A DNA stretch of 20,586 nucleotides from Octopus sinensis (lineage: Eukaryota), in NCBI RefSeq assembly GCF_006345805.1, contig NW_021823945.1, forward strand, positions 1 to 20,586, read 5' to 3'. Below, piece by piece: positions 9,955-20,236 of the stretch (within the stretch, counting starts at the first letter, position 1; each line of letters starts with the position of its first letter). The position numbers and the translations under genes were made by a program. The notes beneath the pieces are model-generated. The model had not been told where the DNA came from, ran no database searches, and saw nothing but the letters and a program-made list of their open reading frames with translations.

Positions 9955-9985
9955 TAGGTTATATATAATAATATTATATATATAT

Positions 9986-10054
<69 letters not shown>

Positions 10055-10100
10055 GTGTGTGTTGTGTGGTGTGTGTGTGTGTGGTGTGGTGTGTGTGTTT
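9955..10100. repeat. (TA)n then (TG)n microsatellite
   Basis: Direct inspection. Confidence 0.95.
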
Positions 10101-10254
10101 GAGATGGCTGTGGAAAGAAACTTGCTTCCCAACCACATGGTTCTGGATTCAGTCCCACTGCATGGCCCCTTGCGCAAGTGTCTTCTACTATAGACTCGGG
10201 CCGAACATAGCCTTGTGTGTAAATTTGGGAGACGGAAACTGAAAGAAGTCCGTC

Positions 10255-10294
<40 letters not shown>

Positions 10295-10515
10295 TTGTGT
10301 TTGTCTGTGTTTGTCCCAGCACCATCGCTTGACAACTGATGTTGGTGTGTTTACGTCCCCGTAAACTGACAGTACGGCAAAAGAGGCCGTTAGAATGAGT
10401 ACTAGACTTACAAAGAATAAATCCTGAGGTCGATTTGTTCCACTAAAGCTGGTGCTCCAGTATTGCCACATTCAAATGATTGACGCAAGTAAAAGAATAC
10501 AAGAACAAAAGAATA
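10101..10515 (+). mobile_element. tRNA-derived SINE family C with CORE-like domain and internal microsatellite
   Basis: Head ATGGCTGTGG...GGATTCAGTCCC; CORE-like GGCCCCTTGCGCAAGTGTCTT; internal (TA)n; tail of AAAAGAAT-like repeats; colinear with the copy at 19814-20236. Confidence 0.9.
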
Positions 10516-10563
10516 ACATGTACACATATACCTATCTATCTATCTATCTATCTATCTATATAC

Positions 10564-10744
10564 ATTTCGTCTGCCGTTACGTTCTGAGTTCAAATTCCAC
10601 CGAGATCGACTTTGCCTTTCATCCTTTCGCGGTCGATTAAATAATTACCAGTTACGCACTGGGATTGATATAATCGACTTAATCCGTTTGTCTGTCCTTG
10701 TTTGTCCCCTCTCTGTTTACCCCCTTGTGCATAATAAAGAAATA
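10564..10744 (+). mobile_element. 5'-truncated SINE family A unit
   Basis: Begins ATTTCGTCTGCCGTTACG, essentially the same breakpoint as the second unit of the dimers. Confidence 0.9.
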
Positions 10745-11399
10745 TATATTTATACATACACACACACACACACACATTTATATAAAGGCAAACACGCGCA
10801 CACATTTGCCTTTTAACAAACACAATTTAAGCTCACTTTGAAGCGTATAAATTGGTAAAATGATTTGTCTTATCTCAATGTCAGAAGAAAAGGAATTCAA
10901 TCACAATAGTTTCTAGCCTTCTTAGAATATCGTTAGTGGAACAGAACATTTCAGAAATTGATATTATTTACATCCGCACTGGAATAAAGAATGGGGTGTA
11001 ACAAATTAGTTTACTATTCCCGACAAGGTTAAATTGCACTTCTATTATAATTGAATATTGCATATTCCCTTATTCCTATGTAAAAATCGCTGCATAGTTC
11101 ATTATTACTTAATAAATTCACATTTTCAACAGATGCAATTTTACGCACTTCATCCGTATCAGTTTGACTCGATTGTGCTTTGTGTACTGTAAACAACAAG
11201 AAGCTAATAAATTCTCTGGTACATAACTAAAGAATTATTCACTTGATCTACTTTTCTGTGCATGGGGAGATAAAAATATTAGTTTTCGATTGAAGGTTAC
11301 ATGGTTTGTGCTAAACTTTACTCCATATCTCTCATATATACATATATGTGTGTGCGTATGTATGTATATATATATTTCTTCACCCATTTCCTTTCGGTC

Positions 11400-11590
11400 A
11401 TTCAGAATGTGACCGCGTGTGTACCGTTGGCGATTTTTTTCCTCTGTCTTCCCTTCTCTGGATCTTTCCTACTCCTATGTTTCCGACAAAGAGCTCCGCC
11501 CGAAACATTAAGCCCTCCTTCTTTCCTTCTTTCCTGAGCATCCAATAATACTATATTTGTTCCACGTCCTTTCATGTTTGGATTAACTAT
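11400..11590 (+). mobile_element. Penelope-like or retrozyme-type repeat relic with a degenerate minimal hammerhead at 11479-11513
   Basis: GTTT-CCGACAA-A-GAGC-TCC-GCCC-GAA-ACAT-T-AAGC fits the type I hammerhead topology (stem I, CUGANGA, stem II, GAAA, stem III, UH) with core substitutions. The family assignment is inference. Confidence 0.55.
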
Positions 11591-11643
11591 ATATATATAT
11601 ATGTAATCGTAGCCACTTTAACATGGCTGTAGTTATATATTTG

Positions 11644-11691
<48 letters not shown>

Positions 11692-11781
11692 TATACCGAG
11701 CATCTTTATCCCGGTATATTTAGATGGCAAATATCTATACTGAAAAACTGATGTAGCCAAACCAGCGACCGATTGAGTAAT

Positions 11782-11830
11782 CACTGCTGACGTGTCTAAG
11801 ATTGATAACTGAAACTAGTCTAGTCCAGTG
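11782..11830 (+). other. Degenerate hammerhead ribozyme-like motif
   Basis: CACTG-CTGACGT-(stem II-like)-GAA-ACTAGT-C-(TAGTC duplication)-CAGTG: complementary stem I arms, palindromic stem III and a GUC triplet. Confidence 0.5.
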
Positions 11831-12803
11831 ATCCTAGATTCGCTCATTGGACGGTTACCCCCCCCCCTGTCCGTATGTCTATACATTGCGCGCTTCATAC
11901 AGCATTGAGAGCTGTAACTCTTATTTTTATATATATACACAGGCATACACACATAGTTTGGTAGACAGATAGAAAAGAGGTACAGTTTACGTAAACTACA
12001 GTTTTAAGCTTTTGGCTACGGAATTTTAACAGGAGTGAATTTATCGTGTTACTCTCCTCGCAGAAAAAAAAATAATATTAATTTGTCCTGATATATTTCA
12101 CAGCTCATTGACAATCATAAGGTGACAAATATCTTATAATTCGTCTATTGGAGAAGCAAAATTTACAGCTACAGGCAATTCACATCAAATACAAGCTAGA
12201 ACTTATCTTTAACGGCTAGACTATTTTGTGTAGCTTAACTTTGATCGCGACGTCAATAAATAGTGAATAAAAATATTTAAGCACAGCGTGCAGTCGTATT
12301 ATCAAACCGAAGGTATATCCGAAGTAGTTAAAATGTAGTGGAACTTTAAAAAGATGTTAATACGAAATGAGTAAGATGTTCTCCCATGCTTTAAGTTCAA
12401 CGGTTAAAAGTATAAACATATATTTTATCGGTTTTGATTTCATTTTAACTTCTTCAAAGAGCGCAGTGCTCATAAATATTTATTTAATATTTAATAGTGC
12501 CACCGACAAAGGCAAGCTGTGTAAATTTATACAAACGCTACAGTAAAATTCTAGTTTCGGTTTTTATATACATACATACATACATACATACATACATACT
12601 TGCATGCATACATACAAACATACATGTATAAACATATATATATATATGATAAAAGATATCTAAATGAGCAGTGAAACATATTAGCACAATTTTCCTATAT
12701 TTGTTATGTACGAAGAGGAAGAGGAAATGTATTTGTATCTATTTAAATCTCGGGGGATAAAGTAATTTTTAAAAAGAATTAAGGCTTATGATACATGTTC
12801 CAT

Positions 12804-12804
<1 letters not shown>

Positions 12805-12880
<76 letters not shown>

Positions 12881-13020
12881 ATATCTATCTATCTATTTAA
12901 CTATCTATCTATTTATCTATCTATATATATATATATCTGCCTATCCATTTATCTATCTATCTATCAGCCCCTCTCTCTGTATGTATATATATATAAAGAT
13001 CGATCGATTGATAGATAGAT
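12805..13020. repeat. (TATC)n / (GATA)n microsatellite
   Basis: Direct inspection. Confidence 0.95.
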
Positions 13021-13139
13021 AGATATAAATATAGCTATGAATATAAATATATATATGCGCGTACATGTGTACTTACGAACATACAAATATTTTTAAGTCC
13101 AAGCATACTTAACTACATACTTTTATAAATATATATAGA

Positions 13140-13228
13140 GAGAGATACATACATACATGCATGCATATATATGTATGTATGTATATATATACATATATAT
13201 ACAATTATTTATATATATATATATATAC

Positions 13229-13276
<48 letters not shown>

Positions 13277-13280
13277 CACA

Positions 13281-13314
<34 letters not shown>

Positions 13315-13320
13315 CAGAAA
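13140..13320. repeat. (TA)n/(CA)n compound microsatellite
   Basis: Direct inspection. Confidence 0.95.
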
Positions 13321-13824
13321 TACTCATACACACACTACGCACCACAAACATGCACATATAACAGCATATAAGAGGATATTTGTAAAAACGTAATGCAATA
13401 AACCTCTTAAGACAAGTTAAAAATTCAATACAGAAAATAGATACAAAGAAAAGCTGAACACCTCTGTCTAAATCGTCGTGAAAACAGCTTCCTTTGTAGA
13501 ATCAATGTAATTCATGAATCGCAATCCTTCCGCTCCGATTACATTTTGCAAATTGTGTGTTCCTCACTTGCACCTGATATTGAACACGTTTACGTAAGTG
13601 GCGTTTGGCGCCAATGTTATCGCTTTTCCGGCTGTATTCCTTCTAGTTACTATCGCTGTCAAATGTGCACCAAACATTTCCTTAACCACTTTGAAATTTG
13701 CAATCAACCATTTGGTTATTCATAAAATGCAATGCAAAGTTTAAAGTATAAAACTAGACAATAATAAACATTACTCTTTGTGTTTTCTGTTTAATATTTG
13801 CGTTCAGTTGGAACACCTCCAAAC

Positions 13825-15528
13825 GTTTTATTCTCAAACCAGTAAAATATAGGTGCAATTCTGAGGGAGTAGTTACAAACGAACGTTCAGCGTAGGACCA
13901 TTGACACGGGCCATCCTTGCCACATACACCCACATTTCAACAGATTTATTGGTGATGGTGGTAGAGTGCGGGAAGAACTTTCCTCTCTACCCTCACTCTC
14001 CTTTTCAAGTTCCACTCGAAATAGTCGATGAGGGATTGGCATAAGAGGAAAGTTTTTGATTGATCCAAATCGATCAGATCAGAACCCCACCTACACCAGC
14101 TTTGTTCCCTAACCTCTCTATGATGAAGCACGTGAGGTGGAGGTTGTCGTGGATAGATCTGTTCGGAATAGCGCGTCTACGCGTTACCGACCAGCTTACC
14201 GACGACAAGCGCCAACCGCCTGGCTAAGACCTTGGTCAAAATCTTATAATCTGTGTTTAACAGAGCCATGGGTCTAAAATTATCTATTTGGTTCCCCTTG
14301 TTCAGGTCCTTTCCCAATAGCAACACCACGCCACGGCTCACAGTACTGGGTATTCTCCTGTCCTGCTGCCAGTTGAAGTAGACATTCGCCAAAAGATCAG
14401 CGAACATGTTTAGCATCATATCAAATTAAAACCCCGGAGACTTCTCCCTCGTACAGCTCATCATCGGGTCTCGTATGTCTTCGGCTGTTGACGGCATTTT
14501 GCAGAAAAGCACGGCATGCCATCGAGGTAAGAGGTGAAATCCACCTCTTTCCCCGAATTGTGGCTTTGTTGCCACGTTGAAACTCTGCCTACCGGACCCA
14601 TCGAACGGCTCTCCTCCCTTCATGTCTTAGAACACGCTCCCTAGCACTGACAACGCAACGTTCGTGCTTGGGTTGAAGAATTTATCAAGAGCCAATCTCG
14701 TCGCCAGCACGTCAGTCGCGATACCTCTCCTAAGCGCCTCTTCTAGCTTTCTAATATGCTGTTCATCTATCCTAAATTCTTCCAAGGATATTTCCTTACT
14801 TAATCTTACTGCCTTTTCTCTAATAGCCCTTTTCAGGGCTATACACCAACGGCTGTTGACGATTACTCCCGCCACCTACCGATTCACTAACTCGCCAACT
14901 CGCTCACTCGCTTTCTGAATGTTTGAGTCGCCGGGAAAGATGTGTTCAGCTTCCAGTACCCAGGACCTTGCTTTGTATCCTATCTAGGTCGGCCGAGCTA
15001 ACCACAAATTTATGGTCTGTGTAACCGAAGACTTTGAGCTGTGGACAACCTATGCTACTCCTTATCTATTGGCCTACAGAATATCCTATCTAAGTACAAT
15101 CTGGAAGACCCAGTGCTGTCCGCCCAAGTTCATATTGGGGCATTCGGGAAATCCAGTCGGCACTTGTCAGTCAATTGAAAATGACTGAGTGGGTTTGTGA
15201 AGCTTTTGCATCCCACTCTCCTATCGGCTAACCGCACCCAATCCAGGTGTACCTCCAAAATGGCGTTCCAATCGCCCACTAAAAGTAAAGAGCGAGATGT
15301 CCCAAGGAAAACCTCCAAACGTCTGAAGAAATGTGGCTGCTCTGCCCCGGCTGAGGTGTACACATCGACTAATCTGAAAGCACCACCTTCGCTGCTACTC
15401 TCATCCAGGATCACCAACTTACCTTCCGTATTCAGGAAGACCGTTCGCACTTCAAGATCCTGGCCTTTCCTAAACAGCTCTACCACCCATCCCCACTTTC
15501 CAGGTTGACTAAGAGATGCGTAGATGCC
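13825..15528 (-). mobile_element. Decayed, internally deleted L1/Tx1-clade LINE ORF2 (APE endonuclease, RT N-terminus, C-terminus)
   Basis: Endonuclease: FRLVDVY...LLVGDWNAIL; pre-RT: CTREKSPG; RT: NFRPMALLNTDYKILTKVLARRL, SIHDNLHL, LDQSKTF; C-terminus ...ARMARVNGPTLNVRL* with stop at 13873-13875; AATAAA on minus strand at 13827-13832; many frameshifts. Confidence 0.9.
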
Positions 15529-15661
15529 AAAATAAACTTGTCAATCTACTTCATTTTTGGTAATACTTATAGGATTGTGGTAACTCCTCCAGAAGATGTA
15601 GAAGCAAAAAAAAGAAAAGAAGAAGAGCGCCAAAAATGAATTAGATTGACAAATTTATTTT
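15529..15661. repeat. 32-bp inverted repeat (30/32 match) with 69-bp spacer
   Basis: 15529-15560 AAAATAAACTTGTCAATCTACTTCATTTTTGG versus 15630-15661 CCAAAAATGAATTAGATTGACAAATTTATTTT. Confidence 0.85.
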
Positions 15662-15730
15662 TCGAACCTGTGGAAGACACACAAGATGTCGAAATATCAT
15701 TCACTTGATAACAATAGCACTCTTATACCG

Positions 15731-15773
15731 GCATTTATACCGGCGTGCTAACGATTCTGCCAGCTCAGCGTTT
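15731..15773 (-). mobile_element. Head fragment of SINE family A
   Basis: Minus strand GCTGAGCTGGCAGAATCGTTAGCACGCCGG matches the family A 5' end. Confidence 0.7.
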
Positions 15774-15798
15774 AATAATAATAATAATAATAATAATG

Positions 15799-15862
<64 letters not shown>
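15774..15862. repeat. (AAT)n microsatellite
   Basis: Direct inspection. Confidence 0.97.
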
Positions 15863-15865
<3 letters not shown>

Positions 15866-16319
15866 AAACCAGATAACAGGGCACTGAGATAACTACAGCA
15901 ATATAATGACTAACTTGATAAGTAAGTAGTTTCTGAGAAATAATGGCTGGATAATTACTGTTTTATCTCAAAGACATGTTTTATGAATATAAATTTGTTA
16001 TCATTCTTTTAGCATTTATCTAATTTGGCTTTTGCTCTTAAGATGTCTTAAGGTTCATTAGCATTGGTACAAGATACATTTCAGTCTAAGCTCCTTAAGT
16101 GACAAATTCGCTTGTTTTAGCAATCTCGGTGCAAATTTAATTTATACAACGATGCCGATGGAAGCCAAACGGGAGAAAATAGAATTAAGACACACCCACA
16201 TAGCCACACCCACTCACCATTACGAATACACTCGAAGGAATAAATATATGTAAGCTATATATATGCAATTAACACAAGCATGACTTATAAGGAGGATCGA
16301 TTCTTATATGCCTACACAC

Positions 16320-16323
16320 AGGC

Positions 16324-16358
<35 letters not shown>

Positions 16359-16509
16359 CGGTATTGTATTATGTATGTATATATGTAGTATGTATATATG
16401 TATATATGTATATATATATATGTATGTATATATATATGTGTATATATATATGTATATATATGTATGTATATATATATGTATATTATATGTAATATAATAT
16501 CTATGTATG

Positions 16510-16553
<44 letters not shown>

Positions 16554-16572
16554 AATATATATATTATGTATG

Positions 16573-16620
<48 letters not shown>

Positions 16621-16660
16621 GTATATATATATCTATATATATATATATATATATGTATGT
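16320..16660. repeat. (TA)n/(TATG)n microsatellite
   Basis: Direct inspection. Confidence 0.95.
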
Positions 16661-17039
16661 GCATATACGGACAGATAGAGATGGAGAGATAGAGACGCAG
16701 ACAAAGACGGAGACAGAGAGATGTAATGAAGGACGACTCGTTCAATTTCGATGTAAATCTACAGATATAATTCAGTTGCCAGGGGATGTGGATGTTGTTC
16801 GAATTAAAGAGATGGCGAAGAAACACACGTGCTTGCTTCTGAATTTGTAAACTCGTAATTTCAGATTGATTGCTTGTCGAGTTTCATTCCCAACAAATAG
16901 GATATACAAGCACGTGATCAACCTAATTTTGGAAAAAAGCAAAAAAAAAGCAAACAAAAAAAAACAAACAAAAAACACTGACTTCGCAGCTACAATATCT
17001 TCGTATAAAAAACTTCTTAGGCAGCTGACAAATGATACA

Positions 17040-17186
17040 TTTAATGTATACATACATACATGCATACATATATATTTATATATATATATATATATTATAT
17101 ATATATATGTATATAATATATACATGTATATATAAATATATATTGTAATATTATATACATATATATATATATAACATATATATATC

Positions 17187-17218
<32 letters not shown>

Positions 17219-17222
17219 TACT
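17040..17222. repeat. (TA)n-rich microsatellite
   Basis: Direct inspection. Confidence 0.95.
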
Positions 17223-17294
17223 TACAAGGCTGTTTATTATGTAATACTAGTAGAGTTCTATATTTATTAGATGAGGAATTACGGACATATGTAC

Positions 17295-17372
17295 ATTATT
17301 TGTTGACGGATATTTGTTCTCATCTTGTTTGTTTTTACACAACGCCTCGGCTGATATAAACTCCAGGCTTCA

Positions 17373-17374
<2 letters not shown>
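17295..17374 (-). other. Truncated repeat with the right half of a degenerate hammerhead (17337-17372)
   Basis: Minus strand TGA-A-GCCTG-GAGTTTATAT-CAGCC-GAG-GCGT-T-GTGT; the CUGA part and 5' stem I are missing next to a (TA)n tract. Recognised by resemblance to a remembered intact form CTGATGAAGGCTG...CAGCCGAAACGTTGTGT. Confidence 0.45.
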
Positions 17375-17420
<46 letters not shown>

Positions 17421-17666
17421 TATATATGTGATTTTAATTTTCCTTTGATTTCTGAATTACTACTATTTATCGGTTTGAGTTTAGCTGCTCGTTTTAGTGA
17501 GTTGAATGGCCTATTAAGGCCATTCCTTAATATTATTGTTGAATGTATATTATATAGTCTCTTGACTATTTTTTCTTTCTCACTAGACCGCTGGTGGCGA
17601 AAAAAATTTCTATTGAATTTTTTGCTACCCTTATATTGATTTATATATATATATATATATATATAT

Positions 17667-18125
<459 letters not shown>

Positions 18126-18875
18126 TACAAGCACACACAAACTACAAACATTATGCACATACAGATACACTCACACACACACAAACGCATATACGCACAC
18201 ATATACACAGACACACACACATGTAAGTATTCCTGTAGATGAATGATAGAAAATGGAATAACCAACATTCTTTATTGAAGAGCACTACACTATTTCGACG
18301 CATATACATCCTTATATATATCCTGTGTTTGGGGCATTTCCATTGTATGATAGCTTCAAGTAACCAGTAAATGTGGACGAGCTTTGAGTAGCATTCTACA
18401 AGATTCTTACCCAAATCTCACTTAACTATATATGAAGGTACATATGTACTTACATATATAAAAGTACAAATATATGGATTTTTATATAATTAGATACATA
18501 CGCATACACATATGTATGCATATTCTCACAGACATAAATATATATATAAAAATTCAAGTGTGTGTGTGTGTGTGTTAGTATGTGTGTGTGTTTCTGCGCG
18601 GGGTGACTTGTATGAACGCATGCTTATGATTTTCTTTTTGAAATTCCAATACCATGGTGGAACAGATAAATTTTAATGAAATAACATAGAAGTTCATGTT
18701 TAGATTTTGAATGTGTCCAGTTTGGACATCTGCCTGGAATTGTATGTTTATAAGTATGCTAAACGTCTGTAGGAGGAGGTGTACAAGGATGTGTAAGTAA
18801 AAAAAAAAAAAGAAGAAAGTAAAATTCCGAAAATGAGAGGAGATACGAGGAAGATAGATATATTAGAGATATTAA

Positions 18876-18914
18876 GGTGTAGGAATGGCTGTGTGGTAAG
18901 CAGCTTGCTTACGA
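18876..18914 (+). mobile_element. 5' head of a SINE family C copy, interrupted by an insertion
   Basis: GGTGTAGGAATGGCTGTGTGGTAAGCAGCTTGCTTACGA aligns to the head of 10101-10515 and resumes at 19814. Confidence 0.85.
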
Positions 18915-19813
18915 GGGGGAGGTGGATGTGGTCGAGGAGGCTTCAGCCTCCTCAAATCAAAAATGATTAAAAAGGAAGAAGGCGGGCAACTTGCCACCGA
19001 AGAACCTGAGGCTTCGGGAGGCGGGGGAGAGTCTCCGAGCAAAGCGGAAGAACTCCCTCTCCCGAAAGTCAGGAAGAAAAGTAAAAAATGAAGGAAGAAG
19101 AACGGGTCATCTCAGCGGGAGATGATGTGCCGTCTGCATGTCCCGAAGTTGTGCCCCCCACGGTCAAAGAAAACACCCCCACCCTTAAAGATGATCAATT
19201 AATTATCTTTTTCTATAAGGGCGGGGAGGTGGAAAAATAGTAGAAGAACATAAAGAGACAGTAGATATGCCCTTCACAAGGGATCTCGAATGGCCTCCGC
19301 AGATAGCTGTGGAGGTCATAAAGTTTCCCTTGTGGGAAAGGCTTAAAGGATTTGGGGAGGAGTGTCGCATATGGCCGAGTGGCCCTTACACGACTTACAT
19401 GTCCTACATGAGTGAGGCATGGGAAATGACGGGATACAGGAACTCAAGCGGCATTGAAGATAATGATGAATATATTGATGGATATATCGAAGAGTAGGAG
19501 GTGAAAGACCCTCGTTATAGGGTTTGAAACCTCATCTGGTATTATTTGTAGTGGTTTATAACCTCAATTGTGTGTTTAAAAAAAGATGTTAAATAAGAGG
19601 TCTTAGTGCCTCCTTCTTCTAAGAGGTTTAAAACCTCATATTGATTTAAAAAAAAAAGAAAATATGTTTTCGGGAAAAATCCAATCGGCGAGTGTTGGGT
19701 TCGTCTCTCATTTATTCATCTCTATTCATTTCCATTCATTAATGTGTTTGTTCTAGCCCGCAAAGCTACGCACTCTTTGTACTGTCTATGATGAAAATTT
19801 TATGAAATAAAGT
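18915..19813 (+). mobile_element. Unidentified 899-bp retroposed-like insertion with coding-like frame and 3' UTR
   Basis: 13-bp direct repeat AGCTTGCTTACGA at 18902-18914 and 19814-19826; 194-codon frame 18916-19497 broken at three A-runs; AATAAA at 19806-19811; no poly(A) tail visible. Confidence 0.8.
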
Positions 19814-20236
19814 AGCTTGCTTACGAATGACATGGTTCCGGGTTCAGTCCCACAGCGTGGCACCTTGTCAAGTGTCTTCTACTATAGCCTCGGGGCGACC
19901 AAAGCGTTGTGAGTGGATTTGGTAGACGAAAACTGAAAGAAGCCCGTCGTATATATATATATGTGTGTGTGCGTGTGTGTGTGCGTGTGTGTGTGTGTGT
20001 GTGTCTGTGTGTGTGTTTGTGTGTGTGTGTTTGTGTGTCCCCCCCTCCAACATCGTTTGACAACCGATGCTGGTGTGTTTACGTCACCGTAACTTAGCGG
20101 TTCGGCAAAAGAGTCCGATGGAATAAGTTCTAGGCTTACAAAGAATAAGTCATGGGGGCGATTTTCTCGACTAAAAGGCGGTGCTCCAGCATGGCCACAG
20201 TCAAATGACTGAAACAAGTAAAAGAGAGTGAAAGAG
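19814..20236 (+). mobile_element. Remainder of the split SINE family C copy
   Basis: GGTTCCGGGTTCAGTCCC B-box, GTGGCACCTTGTCAAGTGTCTT CORE-like domain, internal TG-rich tract, tail GAAACAAGTAAAAGAG. Confidence 0.9.

Noticed and set aside
16653-16850. ORF ending [18 protein letters not shown]
   Set aside because: Starts in simple repeats, short, no recognisable domain or splice support.
18704-18792. Candidate exon ending in a perfect GTAAGT donor
   Set aside because: Stops in all three frames; a non-coding exon cannot be supported without transcripts.
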